The notes: generated from the letters alone by a model not told the origin. A stretch of DNA of 64,000 bases from Actinomycetota bacterium (GCA_043807425.1 JAZDFZ010000025.1:1827-65826), one strand, 5' to 3'; positions 49,515 through 59,276 are shown, counted from the first letter of the stretch. Numbers and translations: made by a program.

Positions 49515-52167
49515 AGGAGGTCATGGTCGGTTTTGGCTTCGCGGCCAGGCGCGCACGCATCAAAGGCGAGGGCTCGCGTCGCCGTCCGGTCCATTCGAAC
49601 CCCTCCATGACCTCCGGGTTCAGGATGTGGAAGGGCGCGCGGCCCTCGAGCAGTGCCTCCAGCTGATCGACGGCGATAGCGCCCTGGTGCGCGGCGGTCT
49701 CGAGGGTATTGCCGCCGATGTGCGGCGTGGCGATCACGTTACCCATGCGCACCAGCCTGTCGTCGGAGGCGGGCGGCTCAACCTCGAACACGTCCAGCGC
49801 CGCGCCGGCCAGACGCCCCGACTCCAGGGCATCCGCCAGCGCCTCGTAGTCCACCAGGGAAGCGCGCGCGGTGTTGATCAGGAAGGCTCCTTCCTTCATT
49901 ATCCCCAGGCGAGACCGGTCGAGAAGACCCCTGGTCTCCTCTTTCGCCGGCGCGTGGACGCTCACTATGTCGCTTCGCTCGAGCAGGGCCTCGAGCGAGA
50001 CCTTCTCCGCGTTCTGAAGCGCCCCGGCACCCTCCTCCACCAGCGGGTCGAAGAAGAGCACCCGCGCACCGCACGCTCTTGAACGGCGGGCAACCGCCCT
50101 CCCCACGCTGCCAAGCCCGATGATGCCGACCGTCTTCCGCCACAGCTCACGGCCCTGGAAGCTGGCGTACGCCGCTCCCATCCTGACAAGGTCCCCCGCC
50201 TCGCCGCCTGGCTCGCGCAGGAAATCCGCCGCCGCGGGGAGTCTGCGCAGCAGCATTATCATGAACCCGAGGGTGAGGTCCGCCACGGCCTCCGCGTTCC
50301 GCCCGGGCGTGTTGAACACCGGGATGCCGAACGCGGTCGCGCTCTCCACGTCAAGGTTCACGGGGTTGACCCTGCAGGAGCAGACTGCCTTGAGGCCCGG
50401 CAGCAGGTCCAGCGCCTCGTAGTCTACGATGTCAATCTCGGTGATGAGCGCGTCGTACCCTTCAAGGGCCTCGGCCAGCTCCCGGCCGCCGGTGATGATG
50501 CGCCCGGCCTCTCGCCACCCCGCGTACTCCACCTCAGCGAGCTGCTTGAGTCTCTCCAGCGCCTCTGCATCCATGGACGCGGTCACCATTACACGCGGCC
50601 GGAAGGAGAGCGGGGCGGCTCCGGCGGGCTCGCCCCTCTCCAGGAGCGCCATGGTCAGCAGTCCGGAAAGGTGCTCGTCACTCGCGGCGCGCAGCGAGCA
50701 CGTCCGGCTCCAGCCCTCATAGAGTCTCGCGTAGACCGATGAATCCGGGCCGGGGGCGTGCCACCTGGCGACACCCGACAGCTCCGCCGCCCCGGCGACC
50801 AGGTCCACGAAGACACCCGCGCCTACACCGGCGCACACCGCCGCACCCAGTGCCGTGGCCTCGCAAACGGCTGGAACAGCCACGGTCTTGCCCGTCACAT
50901 CGCTGACCATCTGCGTCCAGAGCTCGCTCCTCGACATCCCCGCGGATACCATGAGCTCGTCTGTACCCGAGCAGGTCACCTCCATCAGTTGCTCGACGTT
51001 CGCCCTGACCGACAGGGCCACGCCCTCCAGCAGCGAGCGGGCCAGATGCCACCTGCCCTCGGATGCCGGAGTGACCAGGTGCGACATCGAGATGTTCCCG
51101 ACCGGCATGTTGAGCCGGCGGGCGTCGAAGGTGCAGGCACCGAACGTAGAGAACGAGCCCGCCCCGCCCGGCCCGGAGAGCGCGGCCTCCGCGAACATCA
51201 CCGCCACAGGGTTCTCGTAATCGGCGTACACGATCCTGGCAAACCACTCCAGGACCGAGCCAGTGGCGAGCCCGTTACTCTCCAGCACGTAGAGGCCCGG
51301 GACGACGTGCAGCCCGCTCCAGAGCCTTCCCTCGCCGTCCAGCACGATCCCGTCAGTCACCACCTGGACAGGCATGCTTGTGCCGGCCACCACACAGATG
51401 TTTCCCGGCGCGACGGCCCCGGACCCCAGCAGGCCGCACTGGGTGTCGGCCCCACCAGCTGAGATTGTGATCCCCGGCGGGAGACCGAAGTGCCGGGCGG
51501 CCTCCTCCGAGAGCCTCCCGATGGGCGTCCCGGCATCAACGGTCTCGGGGAAGAGCGAAGCGGGGAGGCCTTTCGACTTGACGAGCGCGTACGCCCAGTC
51601 ACGACTCTCCAGGTCGAACAGCAGCGTCTCGGCGGCCTGCGACCTCTCGGCCACGGGCTCCGCGCCGATGCTGCAGGCGATCCAGTCCGACAGGCTCAAG
51701 ACCTTCACACCATGCAATGCATCCGGCTCGCGCTCACCAAGCCACAGCAGCCGGCTGCCCGTGAACAGCGGACCCGGCCAGTGCCCTCCCAGGGTGTAGA
51801 CCTCCTCCCCCTGCTCGGCAGCCCAGCCCAGCGCCTCGCCGACCGCTCTGGCGTCCTGGTTGGGGGTGGCGAAGACGACCGACCCGTCCGAGCTCAGCAG
51901 CACGGTGGAGTGCCTCATGCTCATGACCGCGATCCCGCCTACATCGTCCGGCCTGGCCCCGGAGACGGCCAGCACCTCGCGCGACGCCTCACCGAGCTTG
52001 CGCCGGATGTCCTCCAGATCGAGGTCGTATCCGAGTCCGCCGGTACCCGACGCCGGCGGATGCGTCCAGCGTCGCAGCGCCGTCCATGTCTTCCCGGAGC
52101 CGACGTCCACCAGGAGGCACCGGCCTGAACCGCTGCCCGCGTCGAGTGCCATGAGGTAGTCAGCCAA
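49513..52167 (-). CDS. fusion protein: FGGY carbohydrate kinase + D-isomer-specific 2-hydroxyacid dehydrogenase
   Basis: 884 aa. TTG 52167 with GGGGAGGA SD. N-terminal half: LMALDAGSGSGRCLLVD and an FGGY-like layout. C-terminal half: GKTVGIIGLGSVGRAVARR, LINTARASLVD, GAALDVFEVEP, TPHIGGNT. Confidence 0.8.
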   Translation of the reverse strand: MADYLMALDAGSGSGRCLLVDVGSGKTWTALRRWTHPPASGTGGLGYDLDLEDIRRKLGEASREVLAVSGARPDDVGGIAVMSMRHSTVLLSSDGSVVFATPNQDARAVGEALGWAAEQGEEVYTLGGHWPGPLFTGSRLLWLGEREPDALHGVKVLSLSDWIACSIGAEPVAERSQAAETLLFDLESRDWAYALVKSKGLPASLFPETVDAGTPIGRLSEEAARHFGLPPGITISAGGADTQCGLLGSGAVAPGNICVVAGTSMPVQVVTDGIVLDGEGRLWSGLHVVPGLYVLESNGLATGSVLEWFARIVYADYENPVAVMFAEAALSGPGGAGSFSTFGACTFDARRLNMPVGNISMSHLVTPASEGRWHLARSLLEGVALSVRANVEQLMEVTCSGTDELMVSAGMSRSELWTQMVSDVTGKTVAVPAVCEATALGAAVCAGVGAGVFVDLVAGAAELSGVARWHAPGPDSSVYARLYEGWSRTCSLRAASDEHLSGLLTMALLERGEPAGAAPLSFRPRVMVTASMDAEALERLKQLAEVEYAGWREAGRIITGGRELAEALEGYDALITEIDIVDYEALDLLPGLKAVCSCRVNPVNLDVESATAFGIPVFNTPGRNAEAVADLTLGFMIMLLRRLPAAADFLREPGGEAGDLVRMGAAYASFQGRELWRKTVGIIGLGSVGRAVARRSRACGARVLFFDPLVEEGAGALQNAEKVSLEALLERSDIVSVHAPAKEETRGLLDRSRLGIMKEGAFLINTARASLVDYEALADALESGRLAGAALDVFEVEPPASDDRLVRMGNVIATPHIGGNTLETAAHQGAIAVDQLEALLEGRAPFHILNPEVMEGFEWTGRRREPSPLMRARLAAKPKPTMTS

Positions 52168-52396
52168 AATCCCGTCCTCCCCTGGTCAGTCCGTGGTCCG
52201 GTCGCCTTCTACCGGACTGTATCCCCCCGGCGGCCCCCTCGGCAACATCCGCGGTCGGTCTCAACCCTTCAACGATAGACCCCTCTTGCCGATAAGAGAG
52301 GGAAGCGCATCCGTGGCACCGTTCGCTTGCATTGGAGGCCACGCTGAGTATAGTGTTCATTCCGTTGTCAGGTCCCCGGGACACAGGTTGGTGCAG

Positions 52397-52828
52397 ATGG
52401 CATTGAAGCGGAGCAGGAAAGAGTTAGAGCCGGGACCGGGTGCCCGGGACAGGGACACGATCCTCATCGTTGACGACGACCCCGGCATCGTAAAGATGAT
52501 CGGCATCTACTTCAAGGCCGCCGGCCTCGGGATCGTGACCGCCGAGAACGGGCTCGAGGCGATAAGGGTCTGGAAGCGTGGTGAGCCCGACGCGGTCATC
52601 CTCGACATAGCCATGCCCCAGATGACCGGCATCGAGTTCTGCAAGTGGCTGCGCCTGGAGAAGAGGAACCTCACCGTCCCCGTCGTAGCCATCACCGCGT
52701 TCGTCGACTCCGAAAGACGGGACAAGATCCTCAAGTCGGGGGCCAACGTCTACCTCAGCAAGCCGATCGACATGGGGCAACTGCTGGACATCGTAAAGAG
52801 GGAGATCAGGCAGAGCCGCGAAACCTGA
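52397..52828 (+). CDS. single-domain response regulator (CheY-like)
   Basis: ATG 52397. [22 protein letters not shown] (phospho-Asp), VVAITA, YLSKP. Confidence 0.85.
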   Translation: MALKRSRKELEPGPGARDRDTILIVDDDPGIVKMIGIYFKAAGLGIVTAENGLEAIRVWKRGEPDAVILDIAMPQMTGIEFCKWLRLEKRNLTVPVVAITAFVDSERRDKILKSGANVYLSKPIDMGQLLDIVKREIRQSRET

Positions 52829-52877
52829 CGGTGGAGAGCGACTCGGACCCGGCGGGATCAGCACCCTGGAGCGCACG

Positions 52878-53876
52878 ATGCCGGCATCCAGCCCGAACGA
52901 CAAACCTATGCCCACCCACGTCAAGCCGATGCTCGCGTTGCTGGGCACACTGCCGCGCGAGGCGGACCGCTTCGGGTTCGAGTACAAGTGGGACGGGACC
53001 CGCGCGCTCGCCTACATCTCCCGCGGCTCGCTGAGACTCGAGAGCCGCAACCTCAACGACGTCACGGTCAGCTACCCGGAGCTCGTGCCCCTGGCCGCCG
53101 CCTTCGAGCGCGGGAACGCGGTCCTCGACGGCGAGATAGTCGCCCTGGACGAGGACGGAAGGCCCAGCTTCAACATCCTGCAGCACCGCATGGGTGTGGT
53201 CAGCCCGGATGCGGCCGCGCGGCTGGCGCGCGAGACAGACCTTGTCTACATGCTCTTCGACATCATCTACCTCGACGGGCGGCTCGTGACCGACCGGCCG
53301 TACACGGAGCGCAGGGAGCTGCTCGAAGGCCTCGGCCTCAACGGTGATACCTGGCATACCCCCGCTTCCTACCCCGGGGAGGGAGAGGCGATGCTGTCCT
53401 CGGCGCGCGAGGCAGGGCTGGAAGGGGTGGTGGCGAAGGTTCTCACCAGCCGCTACTCGCCCGGGAAGCGGACCGGTGAGTGGATAAAGGTCAGGCTGAG
53501 GTCGGGCCAGGAGTTCGTGGTCGGCGGGTGGGAGCCCGAGAAAGGCACGGCCGGAAAGGCTGTGGGCTCGCTGCTGATGGGCTACCACGAGAAGGCGGGC
53601 GACGACCGGCTGGTCTTCGCGGGCAGGGTCGGCACCGGCTACACGGACCGCGACCGGTCCGATCTGCGAGAGGCGCTTGAGCGGATCTCGCGGCCTGACA
53701 GCCCCTTTACGGGAGAGGTTGGCCGGCGGGACACCCGCTTCGTCGACCCGGTGCTCATCGCCGAGGTCGAGTACCACGGCTGGACCGGCGAACACCACCT
53801 GCGGCAGGCGTCCTTCAAGGGCCTGCGCGGCGACAAGCCCGCGTCAGAGGTGTTGCTCGAGGAGCCGACGGGCTGA
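52878..53876 (+). CDS. ligD: ATP-dependent DNA ligase (LigD ligase-domain type)
   Basis: 332 aa. Adenylation motif [10 protein letters not shown]. Also [26 protein letters not shown]. Confidence 0.85.
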   Translation: MPASSPNDKPMPTHVKPMLALLGTLPREADRFGFEYKWDGTRALAYISRGSLRLESRNLNDVTVSYPELVPLAAAFERGNAVLDGEIVALDEDGRPSFNILQHRMGVVSPDAAARLARETDLVYMLFDIIYLDGRLVTDRPYTERRELLEGLGLNGDTWHTPASYPGEGEAMLSSAREAGLEGVVAKVLTSRYSPGKRTGEWIKVRLRSGQEFVVGGWEPEKGTAGKAVGSLLMGYHEKAGDDRLVFAGRVGTGYTDRDRSDLREALERISRPDSPFTGEVGRRDTRFVDPVLIAEVEYHGWTGEHHLRQASFKGLRGDKPASEVLLEEPTG

Positions 53877-53913
53877 GGGTAATCGACGCGACTGAATGGA
53901 TTGGGAGGCGGTC

Positions 53914-54711
53914 ATGCCCAGGGCGATCTGGAGAGGGTCCATAAGCTTCGGACTGGTGAACATCCCGGTGAAGCTGTACAGCGCGGTGGTGGACCGGTCG
54001 GTCCGCTTCCACCGGCTGCACGCCTCCGACGGTGTCCGGCTCCGGCAGAAGATGTACTGCCCGGCCGACGGGGAGGACGTCGACCTGGAGGACGCCGCGC
54101 GTGGGTACGAGGTCTCGCGCGACCACTACGTCATAGTCACGGACGAGGAGATCGAGGGGATGGCGCCCGAGGCCACGAGGTCTATCCAGGTGACGGACTT
54201 CGTGGACCTGGCCCGGATAGACCCGATCGCCTACGTCCATCCTTACTACCTCGTGCCGGCCGAAGGCGCTTCCGAGCCGTACAACCTCCTGGCGAAAGCC
54301 ATGACGGACGCGGGTAAGGCCGCCATCGCCAGGCTGGTCATGCACAACAAGGCCTACCTGGCCGCCCTTCGGACCATCGACGGGATCATCTGCCTTGAGA
54401 CCATGCGCTTCGCGGACGAGATACTGAAGCCCTCGGAGATCGAGGAGGGGCCGGAGAAGACGAAGGTGGACGCAAAGCAACTCGAGATGGCGAACAGGCT
54501 CATCGACATGCTGGCCGCCGACTTCGAGCTGGAGAAGTACCACGACGACTACCGCGAGCAGCTCCAGGCGATGGTCGACAAGAAGGCAAAGGGCGAGCAG
54601 ATCGTGGCCGCCGAGGCGCCGCCGCCGCCCGCGAAGGTGATCGACCTCACCGCCGCGCTGGAGCAGAGCCTGGCGAAGGCCAGGGAGCGGAAGAAGGAGA
54701 AAGCCGGTTGA
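53914..54711 (+). CDS. ku: Ku DNA end-binding protein
   Basis: MPRAIWRGSISFGLVNIPVKLYSA, with a Lys-rich C-terminal tail. Confidence 0.9.
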   Translation: MPRAIWRGSISFGLVNIPVKLYSAVVDRSVRFHRLHASDGVRLRQKMYCPADGEDVDLEDAARGYEVSRDHYVIVTDEEIEGMAPEATRSIQVTDFVDLARIDPIAYVHPYYLVPAEGASEPYNLLAKAMTDAGKAAIARLVMHNKAYLAALRTIDGIICLETMRFADEILKPSEIEEGPEKTKVDAKQLEMANRLIDMLAADFELEKYHDDYREQLQAMVDKKAKGEQIVAAEAPPPPAKVIDLTAALEQSLAKARERKKEKAG

Positions 54712-55619
54712 GCCGCACCACCCCCGCCCGGGTCGAAGGTCACACCATAGAGCTGAGCAACCTCGACAAGGTCCTCTACCCGGCGGTCGGGTTCACCAAG
54801 GGCCAGGTGGTCGACTACTACTCGCGGGTCGCCCCGGCTATACTGCCCCACCTCAAAGACCATCCCCTGACCATGAAGCGCTACCCCGACGGAGTGGAGG
54901 GCGAGTACTTCTACGAGAAGGAGTGCCCGTTCTTCCATCCCGACTGGGTGGATACCGCGACCATGGAGAGCAGGAACGTCAGGGGATCGGTTAGCTTCTG
55001 CGTGCTCAACGGGCAGGCCCCGCTGGTGTGGGTGGCGAACCTGGCCTCCCTCGAGCTGCACGTGCTTCTCTCGAAGAGACAGGACCTCGGGCGCCCGACC
55101 GCGGTCGCCTTCGACCTGGACCCCGGGGAGGGGTCCGATATCCTGACCGCCTGCCGCGCGGCGCTGAAGCTGAGGGACCTGCTGGATGAGATGGGCCTGC
55201 GGTCGTTCGCCAAGTGCTCCGGCGGCAAGGGGATGCATGTGTACGTGCCGCTGAACACGAAGACCGACTTCGAGGCGACCAAGGCCTTCGCCCACGCGGT
55301 GGCGAGCATGATGGAGAAGCGCGAGCCGGACCTCGTGACCTCCAACATGAGGAAGGACCTGCGGAAGGGAAAGATACTGGTCGACTGGAGCCAGAACGAC
55401 ATCCACAAGACCACGGTCTGCGTCTACTCGCTGCGCGCCCGGGAGCACCCCACCGTCTCGACGCCGCTGGAGTGGAAGGAGGTCGAGCAGGGCCTGAAGA
55501 AGGAGGACCCATCTCTCGTCCTCTTCGAGTCAGATCGGGTCCTGGAGCGCATCGAGAAGCACGGCGACCTGTTCGCCGAGGTGCTGACCCTGAAGCAGAA
55601 GCTACCGCAGGTGTCATAA
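54708..55619 (+). CDS. ligD: LigD primase-polymerase domain protein (stand-alone)
   Basis: TTG 54708 overlaps the ku stop (TTGA), with an AAGGAGAAAG SD. LSNLDKVLYP..GFTKGQVVDYY, FDLDPG, SGGKGMHVYVPL. Confidence 0.85.
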   Translation: MSRTTPARVEGHTIELSNLDKVLYPAVGFTKGQVVDYYSRVAPAILPHLKDHPLTMKRYPDGVEGEYFYEKECPFFHPDWVDTATMESRNVRGSVSFCVLNGQAPLVWVANLASLELHVLLSKRQDLGRPTAVAFDLDPGEGSDILTACRAALKLRDLLDEMGLRSFAKCSGGKGMHVYVPLNTKTDFEATKAFAHAVASMMEKREPDLVTSNMRKDLRKGKILVDWSQNDIHKTTVCVYSLRAREHPTVSTPLEWKEVEQGLKKEDPSLVLFESDRVLERIEKHGDLFAEVLTLKQKLPQVS

Positions 55620-55620
55620 T

Positions 55621-55744
55621 ACGCAAAAACCCCTCAAACCGATTCTTGCGTTTCCTCCGCTTTCCGCTTGAAAGACCCGCGATGCAAAAAATGGTTTGAG
55701 GTGATCTTGCACGTAGCAAAAAATGGTTTGAGGTGATCTTGCAC
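55621..55744. repeat. family-4 hairpin repeats, locus B (1 minus-oriented copy and a 2x tandem plus-oriented pair)
   Basis: B1 55621-55651 ACGCAAAAACCCCTCAAACCGATTCTTGCGT, 29/31 identical to the reverse complement of A3 with flanks. B2 55684-55712 and B3 55716-55744 are both exactly GCAAAAAATGGTTTGAGGTGATCTTGCAC. Confidence 0.85.
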
Positions 55745-55751
55745 ATATAAT

Positions 55752-57149
55752 ATGAACATGAGCCATCAATCACTGAGCATACTAGCGGATACGATCTTCG
55801 ACGGTCTCGAGGTGAGGACCGGGCGGTTCGCCGTCGAGGTCTCCTCGGGAGTCATCACCGGCGTGAACGAAAATCCGTCGTTCGGGCGGGGGCGCGACGT
55901 GCTCGACCTCCGGGGTCTTCTTGTGACCCCGGGCCTCATCAACACCCACGCCCACACGGCCCGTGGGGGGATGTTCGATCCCGACGAGATGATCTCGGTA
56001 GACAGCATCGTGCGCAACTTCCGCGACATGCTGCGCGCGGGGGTGACGGCGCTGGGAGAGCTGGGGAACGCCGCCGGGCTCACTTACTCCCTCAGGGAGA
56101 GGTTCAGGAAGAACCCGGAGTGCGGACCGACCATCTTCGGCTGCGGACCGCTTATCACCGCTCCGGGAGGCTACCCGCTGGACTGGATGCCGAAGGCCGT
56201 GGCCATGCTGGGAGTCGCGCTCCCCTGCTCCACACCCGGGGACGCGCGCCGCGCGGTCCGGTCGGTCGTCGCCTCGCGCATGGACGGGATAAAGCTGGCG
56301 ATCATGCACCGCAGCTACTCGGAGAAGCCAATCCCTGCGATGACACTCGAGGCGGCGCGGGCGGTCGTGGACGAGGCCCATGCGCTGGGCAAGAAGGTCC
56401 TCTGCCACGCGCACTACCCGGAGGACTACGACAAGGCCCTGGAGGCGGGCGTCGACGCGCTGGTGCACTCCTGCTTCGAGCCGCTGGAGACGGAGATGGT
56501 CGAGCGGGTCATCGCCTCGGGCGTCTACTACTGCCCCACCCTGTCGATCTTCGAGAACGCCCTGAACGGGGTCGAGGAACGCTGGGACTCGCTACCCCGG
56601 TATCGCGGGCTCGTCTCCGAGAGGGTCGCGCGGGACTGGGACCGTTTCTGCAAGGAGTTCGCAGCCTCGGGCGATATAGTGCCGCCGGGGATAGCCGGTG
56701 GACTGCCCAAGGAGAGGGGCCGCGAGGCGCTCATCAACGCACCGGCCAACTTCAAGATGCTGGCCGACGCCGGGGCGCCGGTGGTCTTCGGGACCGACGC
56801 GTCCTACGGTTTCGGCCTGCTTGGACGCCCCGCGGACGAGCTGGCCTCGATGCAGCGCGCCGGCATGTCCGCGGTCGAATGCCTGAAATCCGCCACCTCG
56901 ACAGCCGCGGAGATGCTCGGCCTCCCCGGCGGGGTTCTCCGCGAGGGAGCCCCGGCCGACCTGGTCGCCTTCGACCCGGCCGCTCTCGACGACGTGTCGC
57001 GAGTCGACGACGTCCGGGCGGTCGTGCGAGCCGGGAGGTTCCTGGACGACTCGCCGTTCCGTTCCGCCCTCAGGGCGGCGCGCACGGCGGTCTCAGTGGC
57101 GGGCGGGATGGCACGGACGCTGGCCTGGGCGGTGACCAAGCGCCCGTGA
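55752..57149 (+). CDS. amidohydrolase-family metallohydrolase
   Basis: 465 aa. VTPGLINTHAHT (HxH), HAHY, VFGTDA. Confidence 0.75.
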   Translation: MNMSHQSLSILADTIFDGLEVRTGRFAVEVSSGVITGVNENPSFGRGRDVLDLRGLLVTPGLINTHAHTARGGMFDPDEMISVDSIVRNFRDMLRAGVTALGELGNAAGLTYSLRERFRKNPECGPTIFGCGPLITAPGGYPLDWMPKAVAMLGVALPCSTPGDARRAVRSVVASRMDGIKLAIMHRSYSEKPIPAMTLEAARAVVDEAHALGKKVLCHAHYPEDYDKALEAGVDALVHSCFEPLETEMVERVIASGVYYCPTLSIFENALNGVEERWDSLPRYRGLVSERVARDWDRFCKEFAASGDIVPPGIAGGLPKERGREALINAPANFKMLADAGAPVVFGTDASYGFGLLGRPADELASMQRAGMSAVECLKSATSTAAEMLGLPGGVLREGAPADLVAFDPAALDDVSRVDDVRAVVRAGRFLDDSPFRSALRAARTAVSVAGGMARTLAWAVTKRP

Positions 57150-57169
57150 CAGATTACCTCTGAAAGATC

Positions 57170-57207
57170 GCCTTGATTGAGTTTACCACTTTACTTGTGG
57201 TATATAT
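57170..57207 (+). promoter_or_regulatory. candidate extended -10 promoter in an AT-rich patch
   Basis: TTGATTGAGTTTACCACTTTACTTGTGGTATATAT, containing TGgTATATA (57198-57206). About 110 nt upstream of ATG 57315. Confidence 0.3.
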
Positions 57208-57314
57208 CAGTAAGATTGTTTGTTCCATAGACCCGCACCGGGCTCACCGCACCCGAACATCCGCTTATGCAACGTAGTCTTGTGCTTCGTTGCAGCGTGA
57301 AAGGAGTGGTGCGT

Positions 57315-58124
57315 ATGCCTCGGAAAGCCCCCATCGAGAGGGGGACCACTGCGAGCAGGCGGCTGTGGCTCAAAGGGCTGGGCCTCGGGTACGTCTTCAC
57401 CCGTGTCCCCCTGGTCCCGAAGGTCCATCCGTGGCTCGATCCCCGGAAGACCGACATGCGATGGATCCCCATCAACCAGGATATCGAGACCCCGCCGGGC
57501 GCAGCCATCCCCACCGCCCTCCTCGACCGCTTCATAGAGGAGGCGTCCCACCGCGTGATCTACCACGTGTGCGGCTGCCGCGAAGCGTTCGGCTGCTCGC
57601 ACTACCCGCAGTCCATAGGCTGCCTGTTGATGGGGGACTCGGCCCTGGACTCGCGCACGAACCTCTGCCGCGAGGTCGGTGTGGATGAGGCAAAGGAGCA
57701 CGCCCGTGGGGCCATAGCGGCGGGCCTGGTGCCGCTGGTGGGCAAGGCCAGGATCGACTCCTACATCTTCGGAATCAAGGACCGCGCCCGGCTGATGACG
57801 GTGTGCTTCTGCTGCGAGTGCTGCTGCTGGCTCAAGTACGGGCGCGCCGCCGACCCCGAGGTCCTGGACGCCCTCTTCCCCAGGATGCAAGGCGTCAGCA
57901 TCGAGGTGTCCGACGCATGCGAGGGCTGCGGCACGTGCGTGGAGCGCTGCTACCTGGGCGCAATAGACGTCAGCTCAGGACGTGCCGTAATGTCCGGGCT
58001 GTGCCGCGCGTGCGGAAGGTGCGCCGCCGCCTGCCCCAACGGGGCCATCTCGGTGAGCATCGACGACCCGGACTTCCTCGAGCGTGAGTATGAGCGCATA
58101 ACGACCTACGTGAAGCACGATTGA
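57315..58124 (+). CDS. Cys-rich Fe-S protein with C-terminal 2x[4Fe-4S] ferredoxin motifs
   Basis: AAAGGAG SD. HVCGCREAFGCSHYPQSIGC, MTVCFCCECCCW, then CEGCGTCVERC and CRACGRCAAACP. Confidence 0.7.
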   Translation: MPRKAPIERGTTASRRLWLKGLGLGYVFTRVPLVPKVHPWLDPRKTDMRWIPINQDIETPPGAAIPTALLDRFIEEASHRVIYHVCGCREAFGCSHYPQSIGCLLMGDSALDSRTNLCREVGVDEAKEHARGAIAAGLVPLVGKARIDSYIFGIKDRARLMTVCFCCECCCWLKYGRAADPEVLDALFPRMQGVSIEVSDACEGCGTCVERCYLGAIDVSSGRAVMSGLCRACGRCAAACPNGAISVSIDDPDFLEREYERITTYVKHD

Positions 58125-58144
58125 AAGAAGGGAGGGCGGCACCG

Positions 58145-59122
58145 ATGACACAGGGTTACTCGCAGTTGAAAGTCGATGAGGCGGGGCCGGTCGTGTGGGC
58201 ACGGTTCTACAACCCGCCGGAGCACCTGTTCACCCTCGAGATGACGATCCAAGCGGAGAACCTCATAAGGCGCTGCGAGCGCGACGGCCGCACCGGGGTC
58301 ATCGTCTTCTCCGGGAGCGAGCCCGGGTGGTTCGTCGAGCACTACGACGCCTCCCGGATCCTCGAGGCCGCCTCACGCTTCGCGGACCTGGGGCTCGGAT
58401 CTCCTCCGGTGGGACCGGTCATGGCCATGGCGCGCGGGCTCGGCCTGTTCATCGACCTGTTCCCGGCGGCCGGGGACGCGCTCTCGCTCAAGATGTCGAA
58501 GGGGCTGTTCTCGGGCCTCTCGCAGCTCGTGCGGTTCACCCGTCTGCTGGAGCGCATGGAACGCTCACCGCTGATACTCATCGCGGCCATATCCGGCAAC
58601 TGTATGGGAGGTGCATGCGAGTTCGCGCTGGCCTGCGACTTCAGGTACTGCATTGACGGCGAGGAGATAATGATCGGGCACCCGGAGTCGCTGGTGGCGA
58701 TGCCGCCCGCGGGCGGTGGCTGCCAGAGGCTATCCAGGGCCGTCGGGGTCGGCAGGGCCGCCGCGATGATCCTGGACGGGCGGCCGGTGCCAGCCCCCGA
58801 AGCGCTCGATATTGGCCTGGTCCATCAGTTGATACCCGCCGCCGGGTTCGAGGAAGCAGTGACCGCCCACGCCCTCCGCCTTTCCTCCCGCTCGCCCCTG
58901 GCGAACAGGACCATCAAGGACCTTCTCTACCGGGGCACCCGCCTCCCCTACCGCAAGGCGTTCACGCGTGAGAAGGAGGCGGTCCTGCGCACGTCGGCGA
59001 CAAAGGATGCGGTTGACGGGCTGACCATCTACACGAAGGGCGCACTCTCCGACCGCGAGGCCGAGGAACAGCGACGCATCGACCTCTACGAGGGAAGGCT
59101 GATCAAGTTCGCCGGCTCGTAA
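58145..59122 (+). CDS. enoyl-CoA hydratase/isomerase (crotonase) family protein
   Basis: ATG 58145 (GAAGGGAGGG SD). VIVFSGSEPGWFVEHYD, IAAISGNCMGGACEFALACDFRY. Confidence 0.8.
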   Translation: MTQGYSQLKVDEAGPVVWARFYNPPEHLFTLEMTIQAENLIRRCERDGRTGVIVFSGSEPGWFVEHYDASRILEAASRFADLGLGSPPVGPVMAMARGLGLFIDLFPAAGDALSLKMSKGLFSGLSQLVRFTRLLERMERSPLILIAAISGNCMGGACEFALACDFRYCIDGEEIMIGHPESLVAMPPAGGGCQRLSRAVGVGRAAAMILDGRPVPAPEALDIGLVHQLIPAAGFEEAVTAHALRLSSRSPLANRTIKDLLYRGTRLPYRKAFTREKEAVLRTSATKDAVDGLTIYTKGALSDREAEEQRRIDLYEGRLIKFAGS

Positions 59123-59180
59123 TATAATCCGAGAATCAACAGCGGATTTGTCGATCGACCCATAGACCGGTAACCGTGGG

Positions 59181-59250
59181 GTCGGACGTTTGCAGTGCCG
59201 TTGGAGCACCTCAATCCATTTGAGGTCATTACGCAATGAAAACGTCCGAC
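59181..59250 (+). other. nested hairpin element 27 nt upstream of the MBL gene
   Basis: Outer 11-bp stem GTCGGACGTTT (59181-59191) / AAACGTCCGAC (59240-59250). Inner hairpin ACCTCAAtccatTTGAGGT (59208-59226), which pairs a family-4-like TTGAGGT core with its complement. Confidence 0.5.
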
Positions 59251-59276
59251 GCCACTCATCATTAAAAAGGAGTGCC

